Source of the DNA: Paraspadella gotoi
Taxonomy: Eukaryota > Animalia > Chaetognatha
DNA length: 64,000 nt
Assembly (NCBI GenBank): GCA_051294375.1
Contig: CM119264.1
Location: 4,373,320-4,437,319 of the forward strand
Direction of reading: 5' to 3'
Each line of letters begins with the position of its first letter. Positions within the stretch are counted from its first letter, which is position 1. The notes beneath the pieces were generated by a model, which was given only the letters and a program-made list of their open reading frames with translations, was not told the origin of the DNA and did no database searches. Shown here one piece after another: positions 12,871 through 25,464 of the stretch. The position numbers and the translations under genes were made by a program.

Positions 12871-14193
12871 AGAGAGAGAGAGAGAGAGAGAGAGAGTCTA
12901 TCTTTCTCTTTCATCGGTTATATTATTCCTACCGACCGCATTTATCGATTCAACCATTTATTATCTTTAGCGTAACGGAGAAAGACTGACAGACAAAAAG
13001 ATAAACGGAGAGACAGAATGAGGGCGTATAGGTTGAAAGTGTGTTGAAAAACGGTTAGATGGGAGATAGATAGATCTATAGATTCATAGCCAAAGCTGTA
13101 GGTAGGTAGAAAGACAACGCGAGATAAGACAAAAACAAATAGACAAAAAGGTTGAAAGCGAGAGAAAGAGACTGGCGGATAGAAAGACAGACAAACTCGT
13201 AATAAAACGTCTATTTGCCTTCTCCGTCGCCACCGNNNNNNNNNNNNNNNNNNNNNNNNNNNNNNNNNNNNNNNNNNNNNNNNNNNNNNNNNNNNNNNNN
13301 NNNNNNNNNNNNNNNNNNNNNNNNNNNNNNNNNNNNNNNNNNNNNNNNNNNNNNNNNNNNNNNNNNNNNNNNNNNNNNNNNNNNNNNNNNNNNNNNNNNN
13401 NNNNNNNNNNNNNNNNNNNNNNNNNNNNNNNNNNNNNNNNNNNNNNNNNNNNNNNNNNNNNNNNNNNNNNNNNNNNNNNNNNNNNNNNNNNNNNNNNNNN
13501 NNNNNNNNNNNNNNNNNNNNNNNNNNNNNNNNNNNNNNNNNNNNNNNNNNNNNNNNNNNNNNNNNNNNNNNNNNNNNNNNNNNNNNNNNNNNNNNNNNNN
13601 NNNNNNNNNNNNNNNNNNNNNNNNNNNNNNNNNNNNNNNNNNNNNNNNNNNNNNNNNNNNNNNNNNNNNNNNNNNNNNNNNNNNNNNNNNNNNNNNNNNN
13701 NNNNNNNGGGGACGAGACATACGCAGCAGCCGGAATCCTCCCCGCCCTCTGGAATGAAAATCTGTAATGATATATTCCCTTCGGGCGGCGGACGAGGAAG
13801 ACGACGACGACGACGACGAAGACGAAGACGACGACGAAGACGACGACGAAGACTGTCCGTTTGCAACAAACGTCTATTAATTACAGGAACCCACGCCGAT
13901 GGGATATCGAGACAGGAATATTCGACGACGACGACGACGACGACTACGATGACCACGACGACGACGATGATAATGATGGGGGAGTCTTCGAGGAGTCATA
14001 GGACGACAACAATAACAACAAAGACGACGGCATCTGCAACGATATCTGCAAATATGATCCATGAGATCCGAGTTTTTGTCTATTGATTTATCGATGAGCA
14101 GCGGAATCGATTCATCATTGATGCTTAATTTAGTGAAACCCATTTTTTTTTATATCTCGAAGGGTCGACGGGAAATTTATATCCCGGACGAGA
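12871..14193 (+). repeat. Third, noisier partial copy of ~4940-6530 with internal gap
   Basis: Same sequence as ~4960-5305 and ~6044-6530 with scattered indels. Confidence 0.9.
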
Positions 14194-14978
14194 AACCTTA
14201 AATATCCACTTCGCACTGTATTCGTCTCATTGCACCATACTGCACTGTACTCTTTCCCAGCGAGGAGAGACGATTCTCTCAATTCTCGTCCGGATATAAA
14301 TTCCCGTCGACCTTCGAGATATAAAAAAAAATGGGTTTCACTAAAATAGCATCAATGATGATCGATTCCGCTGCTCATCGATAAATCAATAGACAAAAAC
14401 TCGGATCTCATGGATCATATTTGCAGATATTCGTTTGGCAGATGCCGTCGTCTTGTGTTATTGTTGTCGTCTATGACTCCGAAGACTCCCCCATCATTAT
14501 CATCGTCGTCGTCGTGGTCATCGTAGTCGTCGTCGTCGTCGTCTTCGGAATATTCCTGTTCGATTATCCATCGGCGTGGGTTCTGTAATTAATAGACGTT
14601 TGTTTGCAACGGACAGTCTTTCGTCGTCGTCTTCGTTCGATCGTCTTCGTCTTCGTCGTCGTCTTCGTCGTCGTCGTCTTCCTCGTCCGCCCCCGAAGGG
14701 AATATATCATTACAGATTCATTCCAGAGGGCGGGGAGGATTCTGGCTTGCTTGCGTATGTCTCGTCCCGTTGTTGTTCTTGTGTTGTTTAGTCGCGCAGC
14801 AGCGGCGGCGTCGGCTGCGGCGGCTGCGGCGGCGCGGGAGTTGAAGAAAAATCCGGCACGCAGGTGGATTTGGAAGGATGATGATGGATGAATGGGACAG
14901 TGAAAAGAGGAGAGGAGAGGGAGAGGAGAGGGAGAGGGAGAGGGAAGAGAGAGAAGAGATAGAGAGAGATAGAGAGAG

Positions 14979-15010
<32 letters not shown>

Positions 15011-15065
15011 GAAGGGAACGGCTTTAAGACAGAAAGAAAGTACTTCTCTCCTCTCTCTCTCTCTC

Positions 15066-15114
<49 letters not shown>

Positions 15115-15285
15115 CTAGGAGACCCTGCTAAGCCTTGAAATATTCGCGGTCATTGTTCTCAAGGACTTTTTTCATGAGTCTTTCATTGACTTTCATCCAC
15201 TTTTCTTCCACGTCGTAAAATTCTTCGGGGGGCTTTGAGAGAGAGAGAGCGGATTGAGAGAAGAGAGGAGATGAGAGTGAGAGAG

Positions 15286-15336
<51 letters not shown>

Positions 15337-15848
15337 CATTTTACAGTCGCTCAACAGTTTCTTTTTTTTCCCTCGAGTTCAAGCCAAAGGTTTTCACGTC
15401 TTGTGAATGGATATTTTTTTGGAAATATTTTTTTCCTTTTTTTTTTGTTCAATTGTTCTGAAAAATGTCGTCATGACTCTCAGTTTTCTTTGCCTTTTGT
15501 TTTGCGGGTGGCGACGGAGAAGGCAAATAGACGTTTTATACGAGTTTGTCTGTCTTTCTATCCGCCAGTTCTCTTTCTCTCGCTTTCAACCTTTTTGTCT
15601 TATTTTTTTGTCCTTATCTCGCGTTGTCTTTCTACCTACCTACAGCTTTGGGCTTATGATAATCTAATAGATCTATCTATTCCCATCTAACCGTTTTTTC
15701 AACACACTTTCAACCTATACGCCCTCATTTCTGTCTCTCCTTATCTTTTTTCTGTCAGTCTTCTCCCGTTACGCTAAAAGATAATAAATGGTTGAATCGA
15801 TAAATCGGCGGTTTTAGGAATAATATAACCGGAGAAAGAGAAAATAGA

Positions 15849-15891
<43 letters not shown>

Positions 15892-18580
15892 TCTCTCCTC
15901 TCTCCTCTTCTCTCTCTCTCTTCTCTCTCTCTTTCTCTCTCTCTTTCTCTCCCAACAAAAAGACGGAACCCCGAAAGTCTTTCCTCCGCCCAGTTCTTTT
16001 CTCCGCTTTGAAGATGATGAGATTCATCAATTTCTGCTTAACCCTAATGAAGCGAGATCGGGGTAAGGGGAAAAGGGTTGGGGTGAGGAACAAAGTGTTA
16101 GGTCGATATGAATAGTCTGTTTCCGGGTTGAGGTGAAGAGGGAAAGGAATGGAGAAATGGTTAGGTTTTCATGTTTGAGTAGGAGAAGGTTAGGCTGAGA
16201 GAAGGTTAGTGTGAGAGAAGGTTAGTTGAGAGAAGTTAGGTGAGGAGAAGGTTAGGTGGAGAGTGAAGGTTAGTTGAGAGAAGGTTAGGTGAGAGAAGGT
16301 TAGTTGAAGAGAGGTTAGGTGAGAGAAGGTAGTGAGAGAAGGTTAATGAGAGAAGGTTAGGTTGAGAGAGGTTATGGTGAAGAAGGTTAGGGAGAGAAGG
16401 TTAGTGTGATGAGGAAGGTTAGTGAGAAAAGGTTAGGTGACGAGAAGGTTAGGTGAGAGAAGAGTTAGGGTGAGAGAAGCGTTAGGTAAGATAAGGTTAG
16501 GTTGAGAGAAGGTTAGGTTGAAAGAAGGTAGGTTAAGTTGGAGTAGAGGAAGAATTGTAGAGCATTAGATTTACCAGTGTATTTGATTTATCTTCTAAAA
16601 TCATTTAGTTTCTTTTTTTTTTTTCTTAAGAGAAAACAAAGGAAACACAAAATTGCGTAATTGGTTGCGAAAAATTAAGAAAGAAAAATTGATTTATTGA
16701 TTGATTGATTTATTTTTATTTATTTTTATTTATTTTAATTATTTTTATTTTATTTTTTTTTTAAAAATTTTTTTAATTTTTTTAATTTTTTTATTTATCT
16801 TTTATTTTCTTATTTATATTATTTATTTATTTATTTATTTATTATTTATTATTTATTATTTATTTAAATTTTATTTATTTCATGTCATTATTCATTCATT
16901 CATTCATTCATTCATTCATTCAATCATTCATTTATTTATTTATTTTTATTTATTTTTATTTATTTATTATTTATTTATTGACTCGTTGTTAAATGATGAT
17001 TTAATGGATAAATAAGCAATTTTGATTGATTCATTCATCAATTTTCCTTTTTTCTTATTTAATTTATCCTTCTAGTTTGATCGATTCATTCATCTATAAA
17101 TGCATTTATTCATAAATTGACGATTGAATGGACTGATTTGATCGAATTAAATTTCTCGACGATTCTATCTTGGTGATTGCGAAATCCGTATTTTCGCTTT
17201 CGCGATGCAAACCAGAAACGCGAAAACGGGAAAAGAGGAAAAGAGGAAACGGGAAAAGAGGAAAGAGAAAGAGGAAAAAGAGGAAAAGAGGAAACGGAAG
17301 GAAACGAGAATAAATCATGCGCGGTTCTGAGTGGATTATATCTTCCGGAAAAACCGGGATTACGGGAGGGAAATGGCTGAAGCAGTTTCGAGGCCGCTGC
17401 CGCCGCCGCCGCGCCGCCGCCGCCGCGAAAGCTGCCGCTGAACACCGTGGTTTTCTTTGCTTCCTATTTATGTAAGGAGAGAAGATGTTTTAGTCGTTGA
17501 ATGGATTTTAGTTGCGCGCGAAGTACTAGCGGAGAACTCTATAAGTCACTTTTCGGTCCTGTCAGGGTGGGTATGTCTGTTCCGTCGGGTCTGTCTCACT
17601 TGCGTAAAACAATGCTTTATGATTCACCTATAGTGGGTTTTGCCTCATTTGTTAACACAGGAAAAAAAAGACCTCAATCTAAGTGACTGCTAGCGCCGCA
17701 TTCTGGAATTTCTAAAACTATAAGGGAATAAAAGACAGAATTTTCGCATGCAGTCATGTCATAAATACAAGGCTAAGAGATTTTTTAGTCATGTCATGTT
17801 ATATCATATTATGTTATATCATATGATCAAAGAGAATACATCGTGAAAATAAAGTCACTGCGGCGCAACACATTGGAATCACCGTTCTTGTTTTTCTATT
17901 TTCTTGTGAGAAACAACTAGTACTAATTTCAATGCCTTTTTATTACTTTTAATTAATTTATATTGTTTTTTTTAGCAACCTTAAGTATTGCACTTTTTTA
18001 AACAATTTCTAATTCATTTTCGGTCCCCTAATCTGAAAATTTAATTTCCTTTTTTACTTTTTTGTTTTTGGTTTTTTGTTTTTTTCTCGTGTATTTTTTT
18101 CCTATTTTTATTTCGTCTTGTCCTTCTGTACGTTTTCTTGATCCACTGATTTCGTCCTTTCTTTATCGCTCCTCTTCCTCCTAACTTTTTCCACCTCTTC
18201 ATTCATCTTTCCTTCTTTTCTTTCTTTCCTTTTCTCCAATTTCTCTCGTTAATTTTTCTTTCTATACCTTGAAATCTTTTTCTTCTCTTTTTTTCTTTCT
18301 TTCCTTTCTTCCAAATTTCTTCTCATTAACTTTCCCTCGACCTTTAAATCTTTCCTTTTCTTTTCTTCTTTCCTTTTTACTTTCCTTCTTTCTTTTCCTC
18401 TATTTTTCAAAAACGTGACCGCATGAGATTTTTTTTTCCCTCTCAATTTCTCGAAAATCTTTCAAAATCCCGCATATTTTTATTAACTTATACTTTACTG
18501 GCCACATATAAAAAATCCACATAAAAATTCTATTACGAAAAAATAAATCTCCTTTCGGATTTTTGGATTCCGGAGCGGTT

Positions 18581-18664
<84 letters not shown>

Positions 18665-19316
18665 CGCTGTTTTTTCGTTCTCCCTCTCCCTCTTCTACAA
18701 CGCGGCCTCTAGTGGCAACGAGAAATTTCCTGTCAACAAAAGGCGCAAAGGATGAATTCGCGGAGATTGTTTCCCTCCTTTTTCATTTTTTTTGTTGGTT
18801 CAAAGATAAAAGATTTTTTCATGGGCCTCTTCAGTCGTTTCTCTTTTTTTTTTTTCGGATGGATGAGGTTGGTCTTCGGCAGACGATCAAAAAGGCGGCG
18901 GCGGCGGCGGGCGGCGGCGGCGGCGGCGGCGGTCGGCGGCGGCGGAGGCAGCGGCAGCGAGAAAAGTTCGACGGGAGGACGACCAAAGCTGCTGCGCCAC
19001 TCATTCCCTAATCCGGACTGACCGAACAAACGGAGGAACGGACCGACGGACGGCGTTGCACGACTGTTTCGGGAACGTGAGAGACCAATCGGAGGCGTTA
19101 TTTTTGTGCTCTCTGTCAAGGTTTCACGAGCGGGGAGAGTGGGAGAGAGAGAAGAGAAGAAGAGAGCGACAATGATTAATTATGTTAATAGTTTACCACG
19201 GACGAATCTCCAAAATTAGTTTAACTCCGCAAATCTTATTGGAGATGCCGAGGTGCTAGCGAGCTCGCCTGCTAAAAAGAAGGGAAAGGGAGAAAAAGGA
19301 GAGAGAGATAAGAGAG

Positions 19317-19362
<46 letters not shown>

Positions 19363-20755
19363 TAGAGAGAGAGAGAGAGAGTGAAATTACTTATTTCTTA
19401 AAAAGTTTTGAGCAAACAATATCGGATCTGCCTACGATATTAAGCGGTAATCAGGTAATCAGATGATAAATCACGATAATTTATTTCAATTTTGGATTCC
19501 TTACCATTGTCCTATCATACCATACCAAACCAGTTGGCAGCGCGTCAATATATATAAAATCGCTTGCACTGTTCTTATGGCACAAATAATTTTTTCAACT
19601 AGTATTATTTTTTAGACTTGCATAATTTTTCACATTGCATCTTCTTACCCGAATAATTTATTCAACTTGTATAATTTTTTTTTTCGAGTATATTAATTTT
19701 TTGAAGAGAGCAAGAGAAGAGGAAAGGCAAGAAAAGGAAGCAAGAGAAGAGATATAGAGAAAAAAAAACTTAAAATACTTCAAGTGCATGAATATCATAA
19801 CTTTTTTTTTATTTTTCCGCTTGCAAGATTACACCGAAACCTTATATCTAACTAAATCGCTTCACTTTCCTACCCACATACAAAATACAAGTTTGAGCAA
19901 ACCAATGTTGGATCTGCTACGGTTATCAGCTTATCAGATGATAAATGACGACAATTCTTTCAATTTGTGATCCTAACTGATCATAACGATCGTTACGCAT
20001 ACCAAACCAGTAATAAAAAAAATAATTTTTTAATTATTATTATTTTTTTTAACTTGCATTCTCTTTTTCACTGATATTAATAATAAATTTTGAGGATGCA
20101 TAAATAAAAAAAAAATTAAGTTAATTTTGACTTATTTTTTCCTATACACTGTTTCCAAATCGGCACGATACCATCTAAACTTTAAAACCTACCAACACAA
20201 CGAAATTTTTTTCAATCTATACATCCAATTATAATTAATTAGAGTAATTTTGGTGTTCAAATTAGAAAAAATATTTTAAGAAATGTGATTTATTGTTTTT
20301 CTATTAAATTCATTTTCCATCGGAAACTTTAGATCCTCTTTATCACACACTTTCCTACCCACACACAAAATTTCATTTTCAACATTCAATCCAATCACGA
20401 TATTGGATGTTTTTTGCTTAAGGGGGGGTACGGGATTCAGACTTTGGTTTTGACGGATGGCCGAACATTTTTTTCCATAATTTATCATTAATTTGATGTT
20501 CTACATGTTTTAATGTGAATACTGACCAAGATTGTTGGGTTTGGACAGACGGACCGACAAAGTGGAATTAAAGAGTTTCGGAATCTTGCTAGAAGCAGAT
20601 CCAACTAAAAATCTTTTGGATTTTTTCGTCTTAGGTTTTATCTTTAATTCAGTCAGAATATGTGACATAAATCTTTTCTTTTTGTTGTTTGGGCGATTAG
20701 AGACAGTTGAGTTAGTTTGGACAACGATTTTTATTTTTATTGTAAAACAGAATGT
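14193..20755 (-). repeat. Right arm of inverted duplication (reverse complement of 1-6619)
   Basis: Junction aaccttaaatatccac is the reverse complement of 6603-6618; near-identical to ~15950, indel-rich thereafter. Confidence 0.95.
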
Positions 20756-20856
20756 TTCGGCTTTCATTTAAGCCTTCATCAGCGTTAATGAGCCGAAACA
20801 TGTCTGTTTACAATAAAAATAAAATTGTTGTTCAAAACTAACTCAAACTGTCTCTA
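20698..20856. mobile_element. Inverted-repeat remnant of a Penelope-like element terminal repeat
   Basis: ~73-bp arms around a short spacer; each arm carries gccgaaacat(g)tctgttt(t)acaataaaaataaa, i.e. a hammerhead 3' half plus AATAAA. Confidence 0.55.
20744..20786 (-). ncRNA. Minimal type I hammerhead ribozyme motif
   Basis: Minus strand aacg-CTGATGA-aggcttaaatgaaagcc-GAAAC-at(g)tc-tgtt: catalytic core, stem II ggctt/aagcc, short stem I aacg/tgtt; this copy reads gaaacattc, whereas the other arm and position 1 give the intact palindromic stem III acatgt and GUC site. Confidence 0.65.
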
Positions 20857-20889
20857 GTAATAATATTAAAAAAACTGTTTTTTACAGAT

Positions 20890-21110
20890 TATGTGGATAA
20901 GGCTCTACGGGGCTGAAAGATGGACTGTCCGTAACTTCCTTAACCCCCTCTCGCAGCTATGGAACGGGTCAAGGGCTTGGAACCAGCTTGGAGGTTTGCC
21001 ATGCCCCAAGGCGGCTTTCGGGCCGTAGCTTCGCGCTTCCGAGGGTAAGATACCGGGTTGGAATTTGAACCGGTACCTAGGGTCATTGAGGCTGATGCTT
21101 TTACACCGGG
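20890..21110 (-). mobile_element. tRNA-derived SINE, copy 1
   Basis: Reverse-complement homology over ~210 bp to 61872-62090; B-box-like ggttcaaattcc. Confidence 0.7.
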
Positions 21111-24100
21111 GTCAAACTGAAAGTGTCATGCTTCTGGGCGGGGGCGTGAACTAGGCAATGCCCGACTACAGATAGATTGAGGAAAAAAATTGCCTTTTTT
21201 TTTTCTTACGAGATATGCAAAAACTAGATAAACCATATTCAGGAACTGAAATTTATCTTGTGAATTAAACTATTTATTAAACTCAGTGTGGAGATTGTAT
21301 TAAAATATTGTTGAGCATTAGCTCTAACCTAATTAATACCAAATGGACGTCATTTTTAATGATAAAATAATCAGAGCAGAGCAAACTTTTGAGGAATACT
21401 ACCAATATTTGATTCAGAAAGGCCTCGTACAATCAGATCGAGAATTAGATAATAACCAATGAAGCATAGAACAAGGGACAAGGTTTAGAATTTAAGCTAT
21501 TGACGTTATTGTTATTCTATTATAAATTTTTATAAATGCGAATATCAATTTCGAAAATTAATTAAATATTTATATACTATTTAACACTCAGTTCAAATTT
21601 AATTAAATTTTTTTAGATATGTTTACATAGTTTTTTCTTAAAAAATTAGCAGCATCCAAGCGGCGAAATATTACCAAGAGGAATGCCAGAGTCCGAGTTG
21701 CTTGAAATAGAGATTGATTTTCCCAATTCGTCGCATTCTGACTTCTTCAAAGTTATTCCACTATTGCTCCATACGCTCGTTGGTCATATTGTATTTAATT
21801 TTAATCATAACAATCCGATAAAATGGCGAAAATTTATAACGACGTGGAAGATGGGGCAAATGTTCAATTCCTCTGTTATAGCGATAAATACGTAATCCAT
21901 TCGGTTAAAAAATAACAAAATGCTTTTGCAGATGAACATTTTCTGTAAGAGGCTCAGCGTCAATTGTTTGTTCGTCTTTTAGGAGTGTAGAAAATAAAGA
22001 GGAATTACAATGAAAGCGATCAAGAATCCTGCCATTGAACTTGGCCAACTTTTTATCTTCGTTGCGCGAAGACAGAGATGTTTAAAGCAAAACACAAATT
22101 TAGCATCGCAGAAATGAAAGCAAAGTGGAAAAAGGTAAAAGTTTTCCTTGAAAAATACATATGTCAATCAATTCTGGTAAATAAGGCCATATACTGTAAT
22201 CAAACTGAAATCTGAACTGAACTGAAATGTTGATTTCGAGCAAATGTCTCAAAGCCATCAAAAGGGGTTTTGGTCAACCAATTCCACCAAGAAATTCGTT
22301 GCAACCGGAGAGAAATAGATATAGCCCCCATAAAAAACTAAGAATATTCGGTTTTTACTTTTGTGGCTACAGTCTGCAAAATTTTATAAATGCAGTTGTT
22401 GCTGCAGCTAATCCAGTATTTGCTAAAAGGTTTGAAATTTTGTAAGGTCATTAAAGAATGATATTGCTTATAACTCATTCAGCAGAGGTTAAAAGTATAC
22501 GCCTGTCATTTTCATCAGTAAAAACGGGTAGGTATTTATTGGACATGTCAAAATTGTGCTAAAAATTAACATTAATGTGAACAACGAAAAAGAAAATATT
22601 CAAAAATTAAGCGGGTATTATCATTGGTATCAAGATTTCCATTAAATTTATCAAGCCTTTTTCTAATTTCCAAATACAAGGATAGTAGCAAAAAAACCAA
22701 TGAAAAAATATCTAGAAAAAACCAGGAGTAGGCTTTATGTCAAATCAGGATTCAGGATATTTTTGTAGTTTGCCAGTTTTTATACTTTGATACTGCGCAA
22801 GCCAGAACCCTTCACCTAAGGTTTAACAATGTGCTTTTGGTTTTAAATAAGTGAAAGAGACCATTTTGTTTACCAAAGACCTTTCCTTCAACAATAAATT
22901 TTTATATTTCATGTAGCCATCCTATCTTATTCCAGGTATTTTGTAACTTGCCGGAGTTTGATTAGTATACAGATTGGCCAGACCCCAAGGAATGTAATTG
23001 TCTTCTATGTAAAAAAAAGGAAAGGGAAACTCAGCACAATAATTTGCTCTGTTGGTCAGTTTTACTACTAAGGTCTTGTAAACATACTTAAAAATAAATC
23101 ATTGAGCCATTAATGGAAAGGTGAAATTTCTATAAATATCTCTCTACCCATTGAATTCTTGATTTTATTTTATAAAAATAATCTTTACTTTTTATGAATT
23201 AACTTTTAATTTTGACCATTATAAAGGAGATATGTCCGATTTATTTCCCTCGTTCATAGATAAACCCTCTAGATTGATACGAAAAAAAAACACTGCAATT
23301 AAACGATGACTATTAATGATAATATGAGCGAAGTGAAGTTAATGAGGCGCATTGGAAAAGAGACCCGATTTCTTATTTGAGAATCCCTTTAAATATTCCC
23401 ACTTATTTCACAGCTTATAAATTTAATCAACTTCAGTATGTGAAAAAAGGAACGCTTATCATTTTTACCTATTTTTTATTTAATTCGTTCGAACCGTTTA
23501 AGCTTATACTTCGTCTCTCCCTTTCAGAGCAAAGGATATTAAATAAGTTTAATAATTGAATCAAACCTATCTTCTCTTATTTAAGGATTGTTGAGTCTGT
23601 CAGAATAACGTTTTTTGCAAAGGCAAAAAAATGAAAATCCAACATTCAGCACCGTGATGATCAAGGAAAACATTTCCTGTTGTCGATCGAAAAATTTAGT
23701 TGGAATTTTTTTTTCGTGATTTTTTGAAGAAGTCTCCTTATATCACTAAAGATGAAGATCGTAGCAGTTCTCGCTTGGGTATGAATACAAGCGAAAAAGC
23801 AGTTCAAACAAACTGTAGACATATATAGGTATAAGCAGAAAGTGACATTCCGTAGACCCTTGGCAACGCCCAGATTAAAAATTATAAGCACAAAGGCCTT
23901 TAGAAATGTACTTAATATAATTCCATGTGATCTTCGTTGGAAATGAATTCCGGTTCGTGTTAATGCGGCGATTTAGCAAGCTGAGCGTCGAGGCGACGAT
24001 TGAAACAAATGTTGCCGATCATGGAATTCGATCCGCCAATTGCAAAAGCGTCGCTCGGTTCTGCAAGAGTTGTTTTCTTTTAGTCATAAATATATAATTG

Positions 24101-24670
24101 AGAACCGAAACAAAAGTTTACAAGGAAAAATATAAAAAGACATTGTCATCTTTTCCACAATCGAAAACAAATTTTTTTCATGGATATCGTTTTATGATTA
24201 TTTTTGCCGTAACCTCTGAAAAATTTTACCGCCGTTTCTTATCTTATTGATGTGTTTTTGTCAATTTTATATGGAGAATAATTTTTAAATGTTTTCTTTG
24301 GGTTTCGACCTTCTTCGTTTGCCGTGATAGAATTTATAGAAAAACAAAGTTTTTTGCAATGCCCGTCTTTCAATGTTTCGACTTCTTATTTTTAAAAGAC
24401 TTCTAAATTTTTGACAATATTTTTAACATTGTTTTTCGGTTAAATACCTGCGACTTTCCCAATGATTTCACTATTAACAATGAACAGGAAATATTTGTTA
24501 TTTACGGAAATTTCGATTTATCATTTTTTTGTAACGTAGAATCATGTTCCACATTCTGTTCTGCAATATGCAATATAGGTGCATAATACTGGCATATTTA
24601 GTATCCTATCAAATATAAACTCCAAGAATCCCATAATATCTCTATCCTATAAAAAATTAAATAAATTTAG

Positions 24671-24809
24671 TGCAAATCCAAACAGATTTCATCCGTGCTC
24701 ACTTGTCCTTGCAAGATGGAGGCTGGCAGTTGTCATTAAAAGTTGAGGAAGCTTCAAAGAAGACTGAAGATATTCAGATTCGTGTCCAACGTTGTTTTTC
24801 ATTTCAAAG
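24671..24809 (+). CDS. Candidate internal coding exon, product unknown (QIQTDFIRAHLSLQDGGWQLSLKVEEASKKTEDIQIRVQRCFSFQ)
   Basis: Preceded by aaatttag, followed by a possible 32-nt gt..ttttag intron, open frame with normal amino-acid composition. Confidence 0.35.
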
Positions 24810-25464
24810 GTTCAACTATGATTACAAATTTTGAATTTTAGAAAGTATACTTAAAATATATTAAATATAAGTTGTTATATGTGGCACGGGCGTTACCGGT
24901 CACTTAATGAGTAGACGAGCGTGGCAAAGACCGTAGCGAGGAGCATTTAAATGCAGGGAAAGACAGGTCACGTGACTTTTGAAGTAAAGTTTATTTCGTT
25001 TTTGAAATTATTTCACAAAGATAATAAACTTGTTTCACTTTCTATCTCTTCTTAATAAAATGTATTCTTTTACATTGTAGAGAATTTGAAGTAAATAGAA
25101 GCAAATGTTGATAATGCATAAGTTTTATTGTTGGTTGAAATCACGAGAATAAAAACCAAGGTTGAAATCAAGAGGTTTCAATCAAGGACTGACTTTTCAG
25201 TTTACAATTACTTCAAAGGAAACGGTCCAGAAACAAAAGAAACAGGACTGGTGAGCGTCATCTGGTGCAGGGACGCTCTTTTACAAAGGATTTCTTTGTG
25301 TCCTTATTCACTACTTCGTGTCTCAACACAGGAATTTAAAGTGGTCATTTGATTGGCCGCATGCCCCCCTGGTTGATATATGAGATTTTCATATATCAAC
25401 AATAATAATATCGTTAATAAGTCAATATAATCTCTTCTGNNNNNNNNNNNNNNNNNNNNNNNNN

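Noticed and set aside
13084-13956. Long ORFs spanning N gaps (also 27328-28193, 29747-30322, 38071-38613, 50122-50826, 63262-63846)
   Set aside because: Their length comes from N runs translated as X.
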